The translations under genes and the position numbers were made by a program. A stretch of 64,000 nt of DNA, from assembly GCA_963666285.1 (NCBI GenBank), contig OY762712.1. The stretch is one strand, 5' to 3'. Origin of the DNA: Sedimentisphaerales bacterium (lineage in GTDB: Bacteria > Planctomycetota > Phycisphaerae > Sedimentisphaerales > SM23-30). Positions 45,701 to 54,514 of this stretch are shown here, one piece after another. Numbering within the stretch: the first letter of the stretch is position 1; each line of letters begins with the position of its first letter. A model generated the notes under the pieces. The model did no database searches. It worked only from the letters and a program-made list of their open reading frames with translations, and had not been told where the DNA came from.

Positions 45701-46185
45701 GGGTATCCGGGATTATTAGGGTCATCCTGGCCTGTATATTGACTAACTTCTATGTACGTTTCATCTTCATGGGCAAATACTACAAATTTGCCGCCAGCTT
45801 TTGGAAATGAGGTGTATAATTCTGTGCTTACACCTTTGTCATAAGGGTCTAAGGCGTAATACCCACTTATAGTGTTTATGTCGCCACCATCACCATCATC
45901 ACCATTTAGTAGCGTAAATCTACCATTTCCTGTAACTGTATGTACTTTCTTTTTCTCGGTGGAATTTGTGATATAGCGACCAGATTCTCCTTTCATCAAG
46001 GTGTCTGACCAAAGCAAGGTATTAGCTCTGTTTCGTATTTCCAAGTAATTGTTGTCTTCATAACTGAAGACTTCAAGACTGCCAAAGTTAATTACACTTG
46101 CTTGATAATCAGCCAATGCTAAATTGACCGTAAATAAGGTAAAAATAAGCGCAAATAATCCCCGTAGATTTGAATCTTTCATCAT
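42799..46185 (-). CDS. large secreted beta-helix surface protein with a dockerin-like C-terminal module
   Basis: 1128 aa. Signal peptide (LFALIFTLFTVNLALA). VVYVDQNATGYTSGTSWRNAFTDINQA ... YGGFAG cap motif followed by beta-helix rungs. The C-terminal module is shared with 49681.. and 57830... AAGGAG RBS. Confidence 0.8.
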   Translation of the reverse strand: MMKDSNLRGLFALIFTLFTVNLALADYQASVINFGSLEVFSYEDNNYLEIRNRANTLLWSDTLMKGESGRYITNSTEKKKVHTVTGNGRFTLLNGDDGDGGDINTISGYYALDPYDKGVSTELYTSFPKAGGKFVVFAHEDETYIEVSQYTGQDDPNNPGYPEFSSIMRPSDPNYINKGEHLEWNTTDDFYSIWEKKLRITANKGVSALCMTDSGYYVPASNGTFSGQEFYTYFPSHGSEKYFVFVGYTDNTQVTVTQEGNSFLDFTLDKGQVYEHKMYEYSDTRQDFGHYYEVASSNNISVSVYNTNNRLVYTPGEDGSGFGSLDNYMLLNMLNGDDKLYILSHTNNTTVNLYNSANGLSADSGSTADDIFPALLDIKESVELTNGGVDIGCTYDYDYDVEVDSDDLVTVYYGFTLDWYAEFMPLGFDIIKPTNIDPNNLFVYDNEDNLIDLSQGGFSTDPNDTDFHYDILPGDEIDINVNDTFGGTDTNLTVKLYLAPEMNIDFATAMSGNYDDKLHAYTFSLGDMPAVVNQTLTLTISELAKPGTSINFHVKYESDQNRVLRHYHLEVGYWTSTGAVQGVVYVDQNATGYTSGTSWRNAFTDINQAMMFIEDSYYDYDSIWVATGAYAPISYCDLTDDSFVIYEGLSMYGGFAGNESSLDQRNIVLNKTILTGDPDEDGAADKSNVITITGNDTVLNGFVIKGSGQAGIKIDNTSTTGNAPEISFCAITDSGTYGIDIANSSATIANCNIYNNDSRAIHTDNNGDITILNSFIHKNDGGVYLSGADSSDEIRGNTIALNDRYGISADGEVKVTNNIIWKNDNQISGPLDITYNCIQNLDPNNLFECEADPNSNIKCDPLFAYPYDPNYSDFYDLHLSIESPCKELGLTSAVDIVNELDIDGSYRLEDDDVDMGADEISCWDTFSIYDINLDSRINMYEFAGMAATWLLNGPTDWNPDYNWADTGSSANIIDMDDFSILADNWLWRPCYITNSSMSDMVAAMAMASPMTMSLESTSYVEPVTTEVSIASMSVFDLTSTEHDPVVSDEIVTRKLSRSNLIDTKRKVDSQNPTIEIMALQLTQLENFIEEIKDQIPEKEYKKLLKEILEAKKDLYIMYMKTQLLESSK

Positions 46186-46205
46186 AAAACTCCTTTTTCG
46201 TTATA

Positions 46206-46772
46206 TTATTTTCTTCTCTTTATGGTTAATAAACCGCCCAGGCTAAGCAAACATAGTGATATTGGTTCTGGAACAATTTCAATATTTGAAAAGTGATCTA
46301 CTCCTTGCGAGTAAGGTCGCAGTATATGGAAATCAAATTCAATTGATGTCCCATCGTCAAGAATACCCGAAATAGAACCTCTCCACTCATCGACTTCAGT
46401 TTGAAGATATGATAAAGCACCTAAGTCGGTTAAGCTTTGAAGGTCAAGATTTCCAATACCAACAGGAATATTACCCACCATAAAATCTGAACCAGAAAGT
46501 TGAATTAGAGCATCAGACCTAACAAATACGTGACCCAATATATTTCCACCAGATATTGTCATTATTGAGTCATTATCAATTTCTGAATAGTAATCAAAAT
46601 CAATAGTTCCCCCTAAAACAGTAGCTTTTGAATTATCTTTCATAAATACTTCAACATAACTATCTCCCGGATTTACAGTTAATGTTTCATCACCAGACAA
46701 GTCTATTATTGTTGCCTGCAATTGGGACGCAAAACCTAAAAACAACATTAACAATACAAATTTCATTTTCAT
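46206..46772 (-). CDS. small PEP-CTERM protein
   Basis: Signal peptide, x-S-x-L-x-I-x-GG-x-I repeats, C-terminal VPEPISLCLLSLGGLLTIKRRK. Confidence 0.85.
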   Translation of the reverse strand: MKMKFVLLMLFLGFASQLQATIIDLSGDETLTVNPGDSYVEVFMKDNSKATVLGGTIDFDYYSEIDNDSIMTISGGNILGHVFVRSDALIQLSGSDFMVGNIPVGIGNLDLQSLTDLGALSYLQTEVDEWRGSISGILDDGTSIEFDFHILRPYSQGVDHFSNIEIVPEPISLCLLSLGGLLTIKRRK

Positions 46773-46831
46773 ACCATATTCTCCTAAAAAATATCATTTA
46801 GTTTTCCCCGAAGCATTTCGATACTTCAGCG

Positions 46832-47602
46832 TTAGTTTATTTTTTTTATTGTTATTAGACTGCCAAAACCAAGTAAGCAGAGTGAAAATGGTTCTGGTAT
46901 AATTATTACGTTCATTGTATTAAAAAAACTATAAACTGAAGCAAGTCTGACATTAATGTTAATGTCATTTCCATCAGCTAAAGTTCCATTTAAGTCGCCT
47001 TCTAATATAAAATAATCGCCATATCTGTATGAGGTTAAAGCTCCTTTATCAACTAACATATCAAGATCAAGTTCTCCTAAATCAAGTGCGATTCCGCCAA
47101 GGCTAAAGTTATTTCCTGATAGTATTAAATGGGAGTTCCCACCGATAAAAAAATTGGATGATACATTTCCACCTTGTATGAGAAATTGTCCGTTTACTCC
47201 CATATTTAAATTACCACCTAATGTTCCGCTAAGCATAGTAGCGTGTCCAGCTAAGTGAGAATAGTTGTTAAGGTTAACTGTACCGCCATTTATTATCATA
47301 TTGCTAATTGAATCGATACTATCAACAATGCCGCCAGTAATGTTTAATATAGAATCATCATCAACTGTAACTTTTGAAACTCTTCCACCTGTAATATTGA
47401 TTTTAGAGGAATTGATTGCCATAATTGACACTGATTGGCAGTTTGCAATTGTTACGGTTGCTGAATCTCTTGTATAGATAGTACCAATATTTTCATCGGG
47501 AGAATCTATTAAAATGGAATCATTACCTGATAGAAACAATGATGCTTTTGATTGACATACTATACTACTAATAAATATTATGACTATAAATATTTTTTTC
47601 AT
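46832..47602 (-). CDS. small PEP-CTERM protein
   Basis: Signal peptide, many GG-containing short repeats, C-terminal IPEPFSLCLLGFGSLITIKKIN. Confidence 0.8.
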   Translation of the reverse strand: MKKIFIVIIFISSIVCQSKASLFLSGNDSILIDSPDENIGTIYTRDSATVTIANCQSVSIMAINSSKINITGGRVSKVTVDDDSILNITGGIVDSIDSISNMIINGGTVNLNNYSHLAGHATMLSGTLGGNLNMGVNGQFLIQGGNVSSNFFIGGNSHLILSGNNFSLGGIALDLGELDLDMLVDKGALTSYRYGDYFILEGDLNGTLADGNDININVRLASVYSFFNTMNVIIIPEPFSLCLLGFGSLITIKKIN

Positions 47603-48342
47603 AGATAAACCCTTGCTATGTTTTTCTTACGAACGATAATTCCACCCAGACTGAGAAGTAAAATTGAAATTGGTTCAGGAACAATAGTGAAGTCTATTTG
47701 GTCAATTAATCTATAGACATCACCATTGGCCCATTTAGTGTCAATCAATCTGATACTAAATACTGAATCGTCAGCCCAATAGCCACTTAAGATATTATTA
47801 TCCTCATCCCAATCCCAAGTCTTGCATAGAATATTGAAAGAAATTTTTTCATCTAATGGGACAAATTGGTTGTTGAGAATATCATTGATAGTACCGCCAG
47901 ATAAGATGGTTGAAGAATTACCTAAAACATACAGGGTGCTAGCTTTTCCTCCTGACATTGAAACAGTACTATATTCATCTGAAATTAAAGTGTACATTTT
48001 TCCACCATATACATTTATATAACTGGAACCATAAGCCCATACACTTGCACCAACTTGCCCACCACAAAAATCTAAGCTACTTGAATCGTGTATTTGAACA
48101 CTGTTTATACCGCTTGTGTTACGAATATATTTGTCTGTGCTGTTAATCTTTACATAACTATCCTGATATGCTTCTATTCTTTCTACTCCACCACCTTCAA
48201 CCAATAACGATTGATTGTTCAGCTTAAATATGTCGCTAGAATAACCACTTGAAATAGTATAATCAAAAGTGGAAGATAATACTGTGCTAGCACATACTAC
48301 CATTACGCATAAGACTATTCTAATCATAATGTTTTTCTCCAA
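47599..48342 (-). CDS. small PEP-CTERM protein
   Basis: Signal peptide, C-terminal VPEPISILLLSLGGIIVRKKN. 4-nt overlap with the next gene. Confidence 0.8.
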   Translation of the reverse strand: MEKNIMIRIVLCVMVVCASTVLSSTFDYTISSGYSSDIFKLNNQSLLVEGGGVERIEAYQDSYVKINSTDKYIRNTSGINSVQIHDSSSLDFCGGQVGASVWAYGSSYINVYGGKMYTLISDEYSTVSMSGGKASTLYVLGNSSTILSGGTINDILNNQFVPLDEKISFNILCKTWDWDEDNNILSGYWADDSVFSIRLIDTKWANGDVYRLIDQIDFTIVPEPISILLLSLGGIIVRKKNIARVYL

Positions 48343-48348
48343 GGAATA

Positions 48349-48377
48349 GGCTTCCAGTCCAAGTCGAACCGGAAGCC
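48349..48377 (-). promoter_or_regulatory. intercistronic stem-loop (copy 1, one mismatch)
   Basis: ggcttccag-N11-ccggaagcc, between the stop of 48388.. and the start of 47599..48342. Confidence 0.6.
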
Positions 48378-48387
48378 TTAGAATAAC

Positions 48388-49008
48388 TTATTTTTTTCTT
48401 CTGACAATTAAGCCACCAACACCCAATAAAACTAAAGAAATCGGTTCAGGGACAATAGTAAACTTGATATTATCAAGTACAGGGTCGTAACCTGACTGAT
48501 TTTCCAAATTGATAGAAAAAGTGTCATAGGAGCCATTACCATCATTGTCAACATCCCAAACGCCCGTGACTAAACTGCTGTTTGCTGTATATTCACGGCA
48601 GATAATTTCAATATGTGGTGGAAGTGGGTTAGGTAAATTAAGATTTTGATAGCTAAAAATCTTACTGATACTTCCACCTGATAAAGTTGCGGAAGCAATG
48701 CTATATATTCGCAAATTGCCAATCTCACCTCCAGAAACTTCAAGTACACTACTATCATTTAATAGAATTGAAGCTATCCCTCCTACATTCACTTGCAGAG
48801 GTGCAGTGTTTTGGATTTCTATGGTACTAAAATTTTGAGCATCAATACGATACGCGCCACCACCAGCAACTAATAAAGAATCATTATTTTCTATTAGTGT
48901 TACTCCATTTCTATATTCACCGTCAGAGATTACATAAGCAGCAGCATTAGCAAAGCAGGCAAACAGCAGCAATAAACATAACATCTTTTCCATAATAAGA
49001 TTCTCCAT
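48388..49008 (-). CDS. small PEP-CTERM protein (tandem paralog A)
   Basis: C-terminal VPEPISLVLLGVGGLIVRRKK. The likely true start is the MEKMLCLLLLF Met at 48993, by comparison with paralog B. Confidence 0.85.
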   Translation of the reverse strand: MENLIMEKMLCLLLLFACFANAAAYVISDGEYRNGVTLIENNDSLLVAGGGAYRIDAQNFSTIEIQNTAPLQVNVGGIASILLNDSSVLEVSGGEIGNLRIYSIASATLSGGSISKIFSYQNLNLPNPLPPHIEIICREYTANSSLVTGVWDVDNDGNGSYDTFSINLENQSGYDPVLDNIKFTIVPEPISLVLLGVGGLIVRRKK

Positions 49009-49013
49009 AAATA

Positions 49014-49042
49014 GGCTTCCAGTCCAAGTCGAACTGGAAGCC
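49014..49042 (-). promoter_or_regulatory. intercistronic stem-loop (copy 2, perfect 9 bp)
   Basis: ggcttccag-tccaagtcgaa-ctggaagcc, between the paralogs. Confidence 0.6.
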
Positions 49043-49052
49043 TAGAAATAAC

Positions 49053-49658
49053 TTATCTTTTTCTTCTGACAACTAAGCCACCAACACCTAATAGAACTAA
49101 AGAAATCGGTTCAGGGACAATAGTGAACTTTATATTGTCAAGTACAGGGTCGTAACCTGACTGATTTTCCAAATTGATAGAAAAAGTGTCATAGAAACCA
49201 TCGTTATCATTATCAACGTCCCAAATACCTGTGACTAAACTGCTGTTTGCAGTATATTCACGACAGATGATTTCAATATGTGGTGGAAGTGGGTTTGGTA
49301 AATTAAGTCTTTGATAACTAAAAATTTTACTGATACTTCCACCTGATAAAGTAGTGGTACTGTGGCTATATGTACGTAGATGCCCAACTTCTCCACCAAA
49401 AATTTCAAGTGAACTCCAACCATTTAATGAGATATCAGCTATACCACCAATATCAACTTGTAGAGGTGCTGTATTTTGAACTACAATTGAACTATAGTCA
49501 GAAGCATCTATCTGATAAGCGCCACCACCTGTAACCAAAAGAGTATCATAGTTTTCTATTTTCAATAATCCGTGGTCATAATCACCATCTGAAATTACAT
49601 AAGCGGCAGCATTAGCAAAGCTTGCAAACAGCAGCAATAAACATAACATCTTTTTCAT
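49053..49658 (-). CDS. small PEP-CTERM protein (tandem paralog B)
   Basis: C-terminal VPEPISLVLLGVGGLVVRRKR. The C-terminal half is nearly identical to paralog A. Confidence 0.85.
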   Translation of the reverse strand: MKKMLCLLLLFASFANAAAYVISDGDYDHGLLKIENYDTLLVTGGGAYQIDASDYSSIVVQNTAPLQVDIGGIADISLNGWSSLEIFGGEVGHLRTYSHSTTTLSGGSISKIFSYQRLNLPNPLPPHIEIICREYTANSSLVTGIWDVDNDNDGFYDTFSINLENQSGYDPVLDNIKFTIVPEPISLVLLGVGGLVVRRKR

Positions 49659-49680
49659 TTTTTTAGTCTCCTAAAATGGG

Positions 49681-52647
49681 TTATTTTGTTTTATATTTCT
49701 TGGTCTTTTTATCTATAGAATAGTAATCATCATACATTTCCCAGAGAATTTCTTCCAGTTTTTCTATCTCTGCATCCACATCATCAATTGCCAGTTCAGA
49801 AGTTGCATTGTACTTGGATTCTTCCATTAAATCCATTATCTGATATATACCTAATACCAACATTGCAAGATTTTCCCGTTCTGCCTGTTCATCAATGCTT
49901 ACCTCTTCAACACTAGCTAAACTTACAGTTGATTCAAGTGGCATTGACATAGGGGCCATCATCATTGTTTCTCCGCCAAGTGGAGCTGCAATATTATCAA
50001 ATCTACTGTCCAGGCTGTCTTTCCAACAGGCCGTCCAAAGCCATTCATCTGTGAATAGCTCAAAATCTTGTATGTCTATGGTGTAGTCAACATACAAATT
50101 ACAAGTTTCATTCCAGTTATCTACAAAATTCGGGTCATAGTTATTTGGGTCAGCCACATAACCCGGAGTATCTGGGCTATTAGTCAGCCACGCAGCAGAC
50201 ATCAAAGAAAATTCTTTTAGATTGACTATGCCATCGTTATTCCAGTCCCTTACATTATAGATATCATCTTCGCTTAGGTCGCTGTCACAAGTATTTACTT
50301 CATCAGCTCCAATATCTAACCAGTAATCATCTATTCTGGCTTCGTTATCTATATCTACAGAGCCGATTTCTGCACTGGTTAAGTCTGAATCACCTCTATC
50401 TATCAGCAAAGAATCATGAGCCAGGTGAATATTATTAGGATCTCCAAGATATGCAAACATTGGCTTACCTGTGATATTATAAAAATAATCAGGGTCAAGA
50501 TAGTTTAACCCGTTAGGGTCATTAACCGAGTCTTGAATACAGCAGTATTCAGTATATTCTATGCCATACATCTGCTCATTATCATCATTGTTATAGTATA
50601 GGATACATCCATTAACATCAGGCTCTGAAGCGTTTGGGTCTGATTGAATGTATGAAATTCCCATATTATAGTTATAAGCAATTGTGTTATGATACAAAAC
50701 AGGTGGTTCATTTGGGTCAATAATTCTTATACCATAGGATGATTCATCACCATTTTTAGTAATAACACTGTTTTTTAGAGTTAGCGAAGAATTATCAGCA
50801 AAAATACCATTTTCACCGTTAAAAGATGAAAAACAATGTGATATTACTATATTTTTTTCAACTCCCATATGGTGAATACCGTTTTTCTCATTATACCTAA
50901 CCTTGTTCCAATTAAGATTTACATTTCCATTTTCAAAAAATAGACCATATTGCTGAGATTTCAAAATCTGACAATTATTGACTTCACAATCAGCATTTTC
51001 GCCATAAACGACATAGACATTTGCATTTTCAACAACAAATCCATCGAGAATACAGTCATCGCCCATTGAAACTATAGTGTTATTTAAAGTTGTATCATTT
51101 ATTTTTCCGTTTAACACTGTAATGTATTTGTCAGGGTTTCTATCTTCAAAAGCACAGCCGCCACGTTTGAAACCACCATACATTTCAGTGCCATATGGTA
51201 ATTCAAAGTCATTCATTATAAAATTACCAGGGCTGTAACGGCCTTCAGCTACATATATCTTATAGCCAGAAGCCGAACAAACTGCTTCTCTTGCTCTTGT
51301 CAGGGCTTTTTGAAGGTCTGTATAGGCATGTTCCCATGATGTTCCTGTATTAAAACCTGTGGCGTTTTTATCAACCAGAATTAAATCAGCATCTTCAGTT
51401 TCCCAGCAGCAAACAGGAGTGTCTGCTGTTGCTACCCCAATTAAAACGTCTCCGTTATAGATATATGCTTCATTATGGAGGAACATCCCGGCTTCTGCGT
51501 GTTCATTTACTGTTACAGTTAATGAAACGCAACCTGTGATAATATTTGGATCAATAGTTCCAATATGCCACGTATAAGTATGGTTCAGGATATCGTAGTT
51601 TGGGTCAGGGTTAAACGGGTCAACAGCAAAATCGTAATCTACCCCATAAGGCAAGACATCTACTATTGTAACATCATCAAAAATTCTATTGCTGACATTG
51701 CTCCAACAAATAGTATATTCGATATCATCATCAGGATCACAACAGTCAGTACCTGTACCATCATTATCTATTATAAGGTCTTCTTTTGATAGTTCTAGTT
51801 GTTCATAAGGATTAATATCTGCTGCAATTGTTATGGCATATTCAATGTCTGTCGTATCGCTAATGTATTTTATCTCAAAAGGAGAGAAAGAGTCTGATGT
51901 ATTTACTACATCAAATGAATTATGATAAGATTGAACCCAATTGGACATATGCTCCGGTTCTAACCCATCATAAACACCGCTATTATAGGCTTCTGTTGTG
52001 AAGTCTGAAACTTCCTCTCCGCCTCCTGAAACGACATCTGTTACTACTCCCCAAGTAGTAGGAATCCATTGAAAGCCTTGTGAGTCACCTAGGGCAATTA
52101 AACCGGTTCCTGAGCCATTTAACACGTATTCAATTGCTTGGGAGAAGAATATGTCTGCCGGTTGAAATGCTCCATCATCATGGTTTCCAGCCGCTTTAAC
52201 AGTGTGATAATCTGCGTCATGGCCTGAGAGCAGGACTCTCCCGGTAATACCATAATCAATTATAGTATTAGTCAGGCCGCTCGTATTTCCGCCAGAATTC
52301 CATCCGACGATAAGAATATCATTGTTATTTAGATCATAAGCTGTAACTGGATTGGAGCTACTCCTATAAGTGAAATTTTCACCAAGGTACTTATTTTCTC
52401 CAAACAGTTCTTTCATAGCAGCAACAATATCAGTTAAATCTGAGCTTGCACCTGTAGTTCCGCAATCATAAATAAGAAAATTGTAGTTATCAGGATTAAA
52501 ACCAAGAGGGACAGAGCTACTTGAGCCGACTGATAATGTTTGTATAGGTAAATCTGCCCATACACTTGGCGTTAGTATTGCCAATAATCCTATAACCAAA
52601 TACCATGTAATAACCTTTTTTAACTTAAACCTTCTTTTCCACATCAT
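49681..52647 (-). CDS. large secreted DUF11-like plus beta-helix surface protein with a dockerin-like C-terminal module (start revised)
   Basis: The likely start is MMWKRRFKLKK at 52647 (AAAGGA upstream, then a signal peptide). DUF11-like segment (VTIVDVLPYGVDY...TWHIGTI...LTVTVN). LILVDKNATGFNTGTSWEHAYTDLQKAL...YGGF cap and beta-helix rungs. Confidence 0.8.
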   Translation of the reverse strand: MMWKRRFKLKKVITWYLVIGLLAILTPSVWADLPIQTLSVGSSSSVPLGFNPDNYNFLIYDCGTTGASSDLTDIVAAMKELFGENKYLGENFTYRSSSNPVTAYDLNNNDILIVGWNSGGNTSGLTNTIIDYGITGRVLLSGHDADYHTVKAAGNHDDGAFQPADIFFSQAIEYVLNGSGTGLIALGDSQGFQWIPTTWGVVTDVVSGGGEEVSDFTTEAYNSGVYDGLEPEHMSNWVQSYHNSFDVVNTSDSFSPFEIKYISDTTDIEYAITIAADINPYEQLELSKEDLIIDNDGTGTDCCDPDDDIEYTICWSNVSNRIFDDVTIVDVLPYGVDYDFAVDPFNPDPNYDILNHTYTWHIGTIDPNIITGCVSLTVTVNEHAEAGMFLHNEAYIYNGDVLIGVATADTPVCCWETEDADLILVDKNATGFNTGTSWEHAYTDLQKALTRAREAVCSASGYKIYVAEGRYSPGNFIMNDFELPYGTEMYGGFKRGGCAFEDRNPDKYITVLNGKINDTTLNNTIVSMGDDCILDGFVVENANVYVVYGENADCEVNNCQILKSQQYGLFFENGNVNLNWNKVRYNEKNGIHHMGVEKNIVISHCFSSFNGENGIFADNSSLTLKNSVITKNGDESSYGIRIIDPNEPPVLYHNTIAYNYNMGISYIQSDPNASEPDVNGCILYYNNDDNEQMYGIEYTEYCCIQDSVNDPNGLNYLDPDYFYNITGKPMFAYLGDPNNIHLAHDSLLIDRGDSDLTSAEIGSVDIDNEARIDDYWLDIGADEVNTCDSDLSEDDIYNVRDWNNDGIVNLKEFSLMSAAWLTNSPDTPGYVADPNNYDPNFVDNWNETCNLYVDYTIDIQDFELFTDEWLWTACWKDSLDSRFDNIAAPLGGETMMMAPMSMPLESTVSLASVEEVSIDEQAERENLAMLVLGIYQIMDLMEESKYNATSELAIDDVDAEIEKLEEILWEMYDDYYSIDKKTKKYKTK

Positions 52648-53754
52648 AGTATAGCATCCTTTCAGTTTTGCTACATCAACTTCTATCCTCAACTGTTCAC
52701 GTTGAACAGTTTTCTCATAAGGCTGAAAAAACTCACTCTATACAGTTCAACTAACTCAATCACACTCTTTGTTTGCTGGAAATGCCCATAAAAAAGGGGC
52801 ACCACCTACACATTTCACTGAGGTCCGGCAAAGAACCCTAGAAGATATGTAAAGCAGTACCCGTTCCGGGTACTGTCTCTTTTACACACTTCTATATAAA
52901 ATTTTGCCGATTTCAGTGAATGCGATAAAAGATCAGTGATCTTGTAATATTCAATTGTCACGAAGTCACAGCAGGGAATTAAAGAAGATAAATCCCTTGT
53001 ATGCCAGCTCCGCAGTATTTTAATCCTAAGCCATACGATTATGTATGTCAAAGAATAATAGGTTGGTTTCATTATTCTTTCCTTCTGACTCCATCATAAG
53101 TGTAATATATTTCCTACATTTACATTCCATTGATAATCATCAGGCCAACGCAATAGACAAACTCTAAATTACCATAAATGCCCTATCTAAATCAAGTAGA
53201 AAATCAGTATAAAAAAATACTAAAAATTCACTATCTATATAATTTCTAATAATTTATGAAAAGCCGACCAGCTTTCGCCTGCCATTTCCCAGATACACTC
53301 TGAAACACTCATTAAGTTTTCAGCATTGAATCATGTGCTACTTTATATAAATTATTTATTTCACGCAACTTATAGTGTTTTTAGCATGGCAGGCGGCGCA
53401 CAAAAAAACAGAAGCCATTAAGGGCGCTACACAGTCATGCTCACTAGAGGCCCGCTAAAGCCCTTGCAGAAACACAACATTTATAGCACCCTCAGCAACC
53501 TCTGTATGAAATCAGGGTTTCTGAGAGTGCCGTTGCTGACATTTCTGCAATAAAAATTTAGCGATTTCTAGTGAAACATCTAAACGGTACATCCAAATTG
53601 TCAAAATGTATTATGCCATCCTTTTGGGGCTATTTCAATATCTTTTTCCAGTAGGATGGTTTTTGTTTCATAATTCTTGATAAATTTCGTTAGAATATGT
53701 AATATAGGAAAATTGAATGATTTATGTTACTTATGATATATTTATGGAGTGTTT

Positions 53755-54094
53755 GATGGTTGAGATCACTGAAATAGATATGACATTTGTTGATGGTTCA
53801 GCAAGTGATTTTAAGAAAGGTTCTATTCCAGCCCTGGATGGTCTTGTCACCGATTTGGAAAGCAAATTGGCAAATCCGGGCGATTTTCCAGGGAAAAAAA
53901 TTCCACTTGTTGAATTAACCGGCGGATTTTTCTCAGGTGAGAATCTAATACATAACATTATAAGTGACGATTTTGCAGCTCCGCCCAGGGGCTTGTACTT
54001 TACAGGCAATATTGATGGTAAGGGTTTTACTGTGGGAATACCGTATTCTGACGACTCTTATTGTTTTTTTGGTATAGAAGATGAGGTGAATTGA
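53755..54094 (+). CDS. hypothetical protein (start revised); 5-prime part duplicated at 61459
   Basis: MVEITEIDMTFVDGSASDFKKGSIPALDGLVTDLESKL. GGAG lies 6 nt upstream. The paralog remnant begins at the equivalent Met. Confidence 0.55.
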
Positions 54095-54095
54095 T

Positions 54096-54389
54096 ATGTC
54101 TAAAGATGCTGAAGCAAAACATATTTTGGTTAAGTTTGAAAAAGGGGTTGAAGTTGGCGAACCGGAAAAGTTTGATAAGCAAAAGGATGCTATCGCAAAA
54201 GCTGGTGAATATATTGGAGATAATTTGGGTAAAAAGCCCGGAGTATTTACGTATATTTATGACAGGGAAGAAAGAATTAAATGGGAAAATGCAAGTGCCA
54301 CTCAAAACCTTGACTTTTTTGAGTATTTTACAGGCTACAGAGTCCATAGAGAACCACCTTTGAAAAAAAGATCGCAGCCAGCAGAATAG
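54096..54389 (+). CDS. hypothetical protein
   Basis: 97 aa. Starts 1 nt after the previous stop codon (stop ends 54094, ATG at 54096). Confidence 0.5.
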   Translation: MSKDAEAKHILVKFEKGVEVGEPEKFDKQKDAIAKAGEYIGDNLGKKPGVFTYIYDREERIKWENASATQNLDFFEYFTGYRVHREPPLKKRSQPAE

Positions 54390-54514
54390 CCTGCCGCCCT
54401 GCCGCTGTATAATCTCCAATGAAACATAAGACCCATTATCGGACGTTTGTAATGTATGCCCTTTTAAGGACTTATGGCAAAATAATACATAATGAATGAT
54501 ATAGGAATGAGTAT

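Noticed and set aside
52815-53072. 85-aa minus-strand ORF upstream of the large surface gene
   Set aside because: It has no RBS, an odd composition, and lies in a region with hairpins and repeated motifs that looks regulatory.
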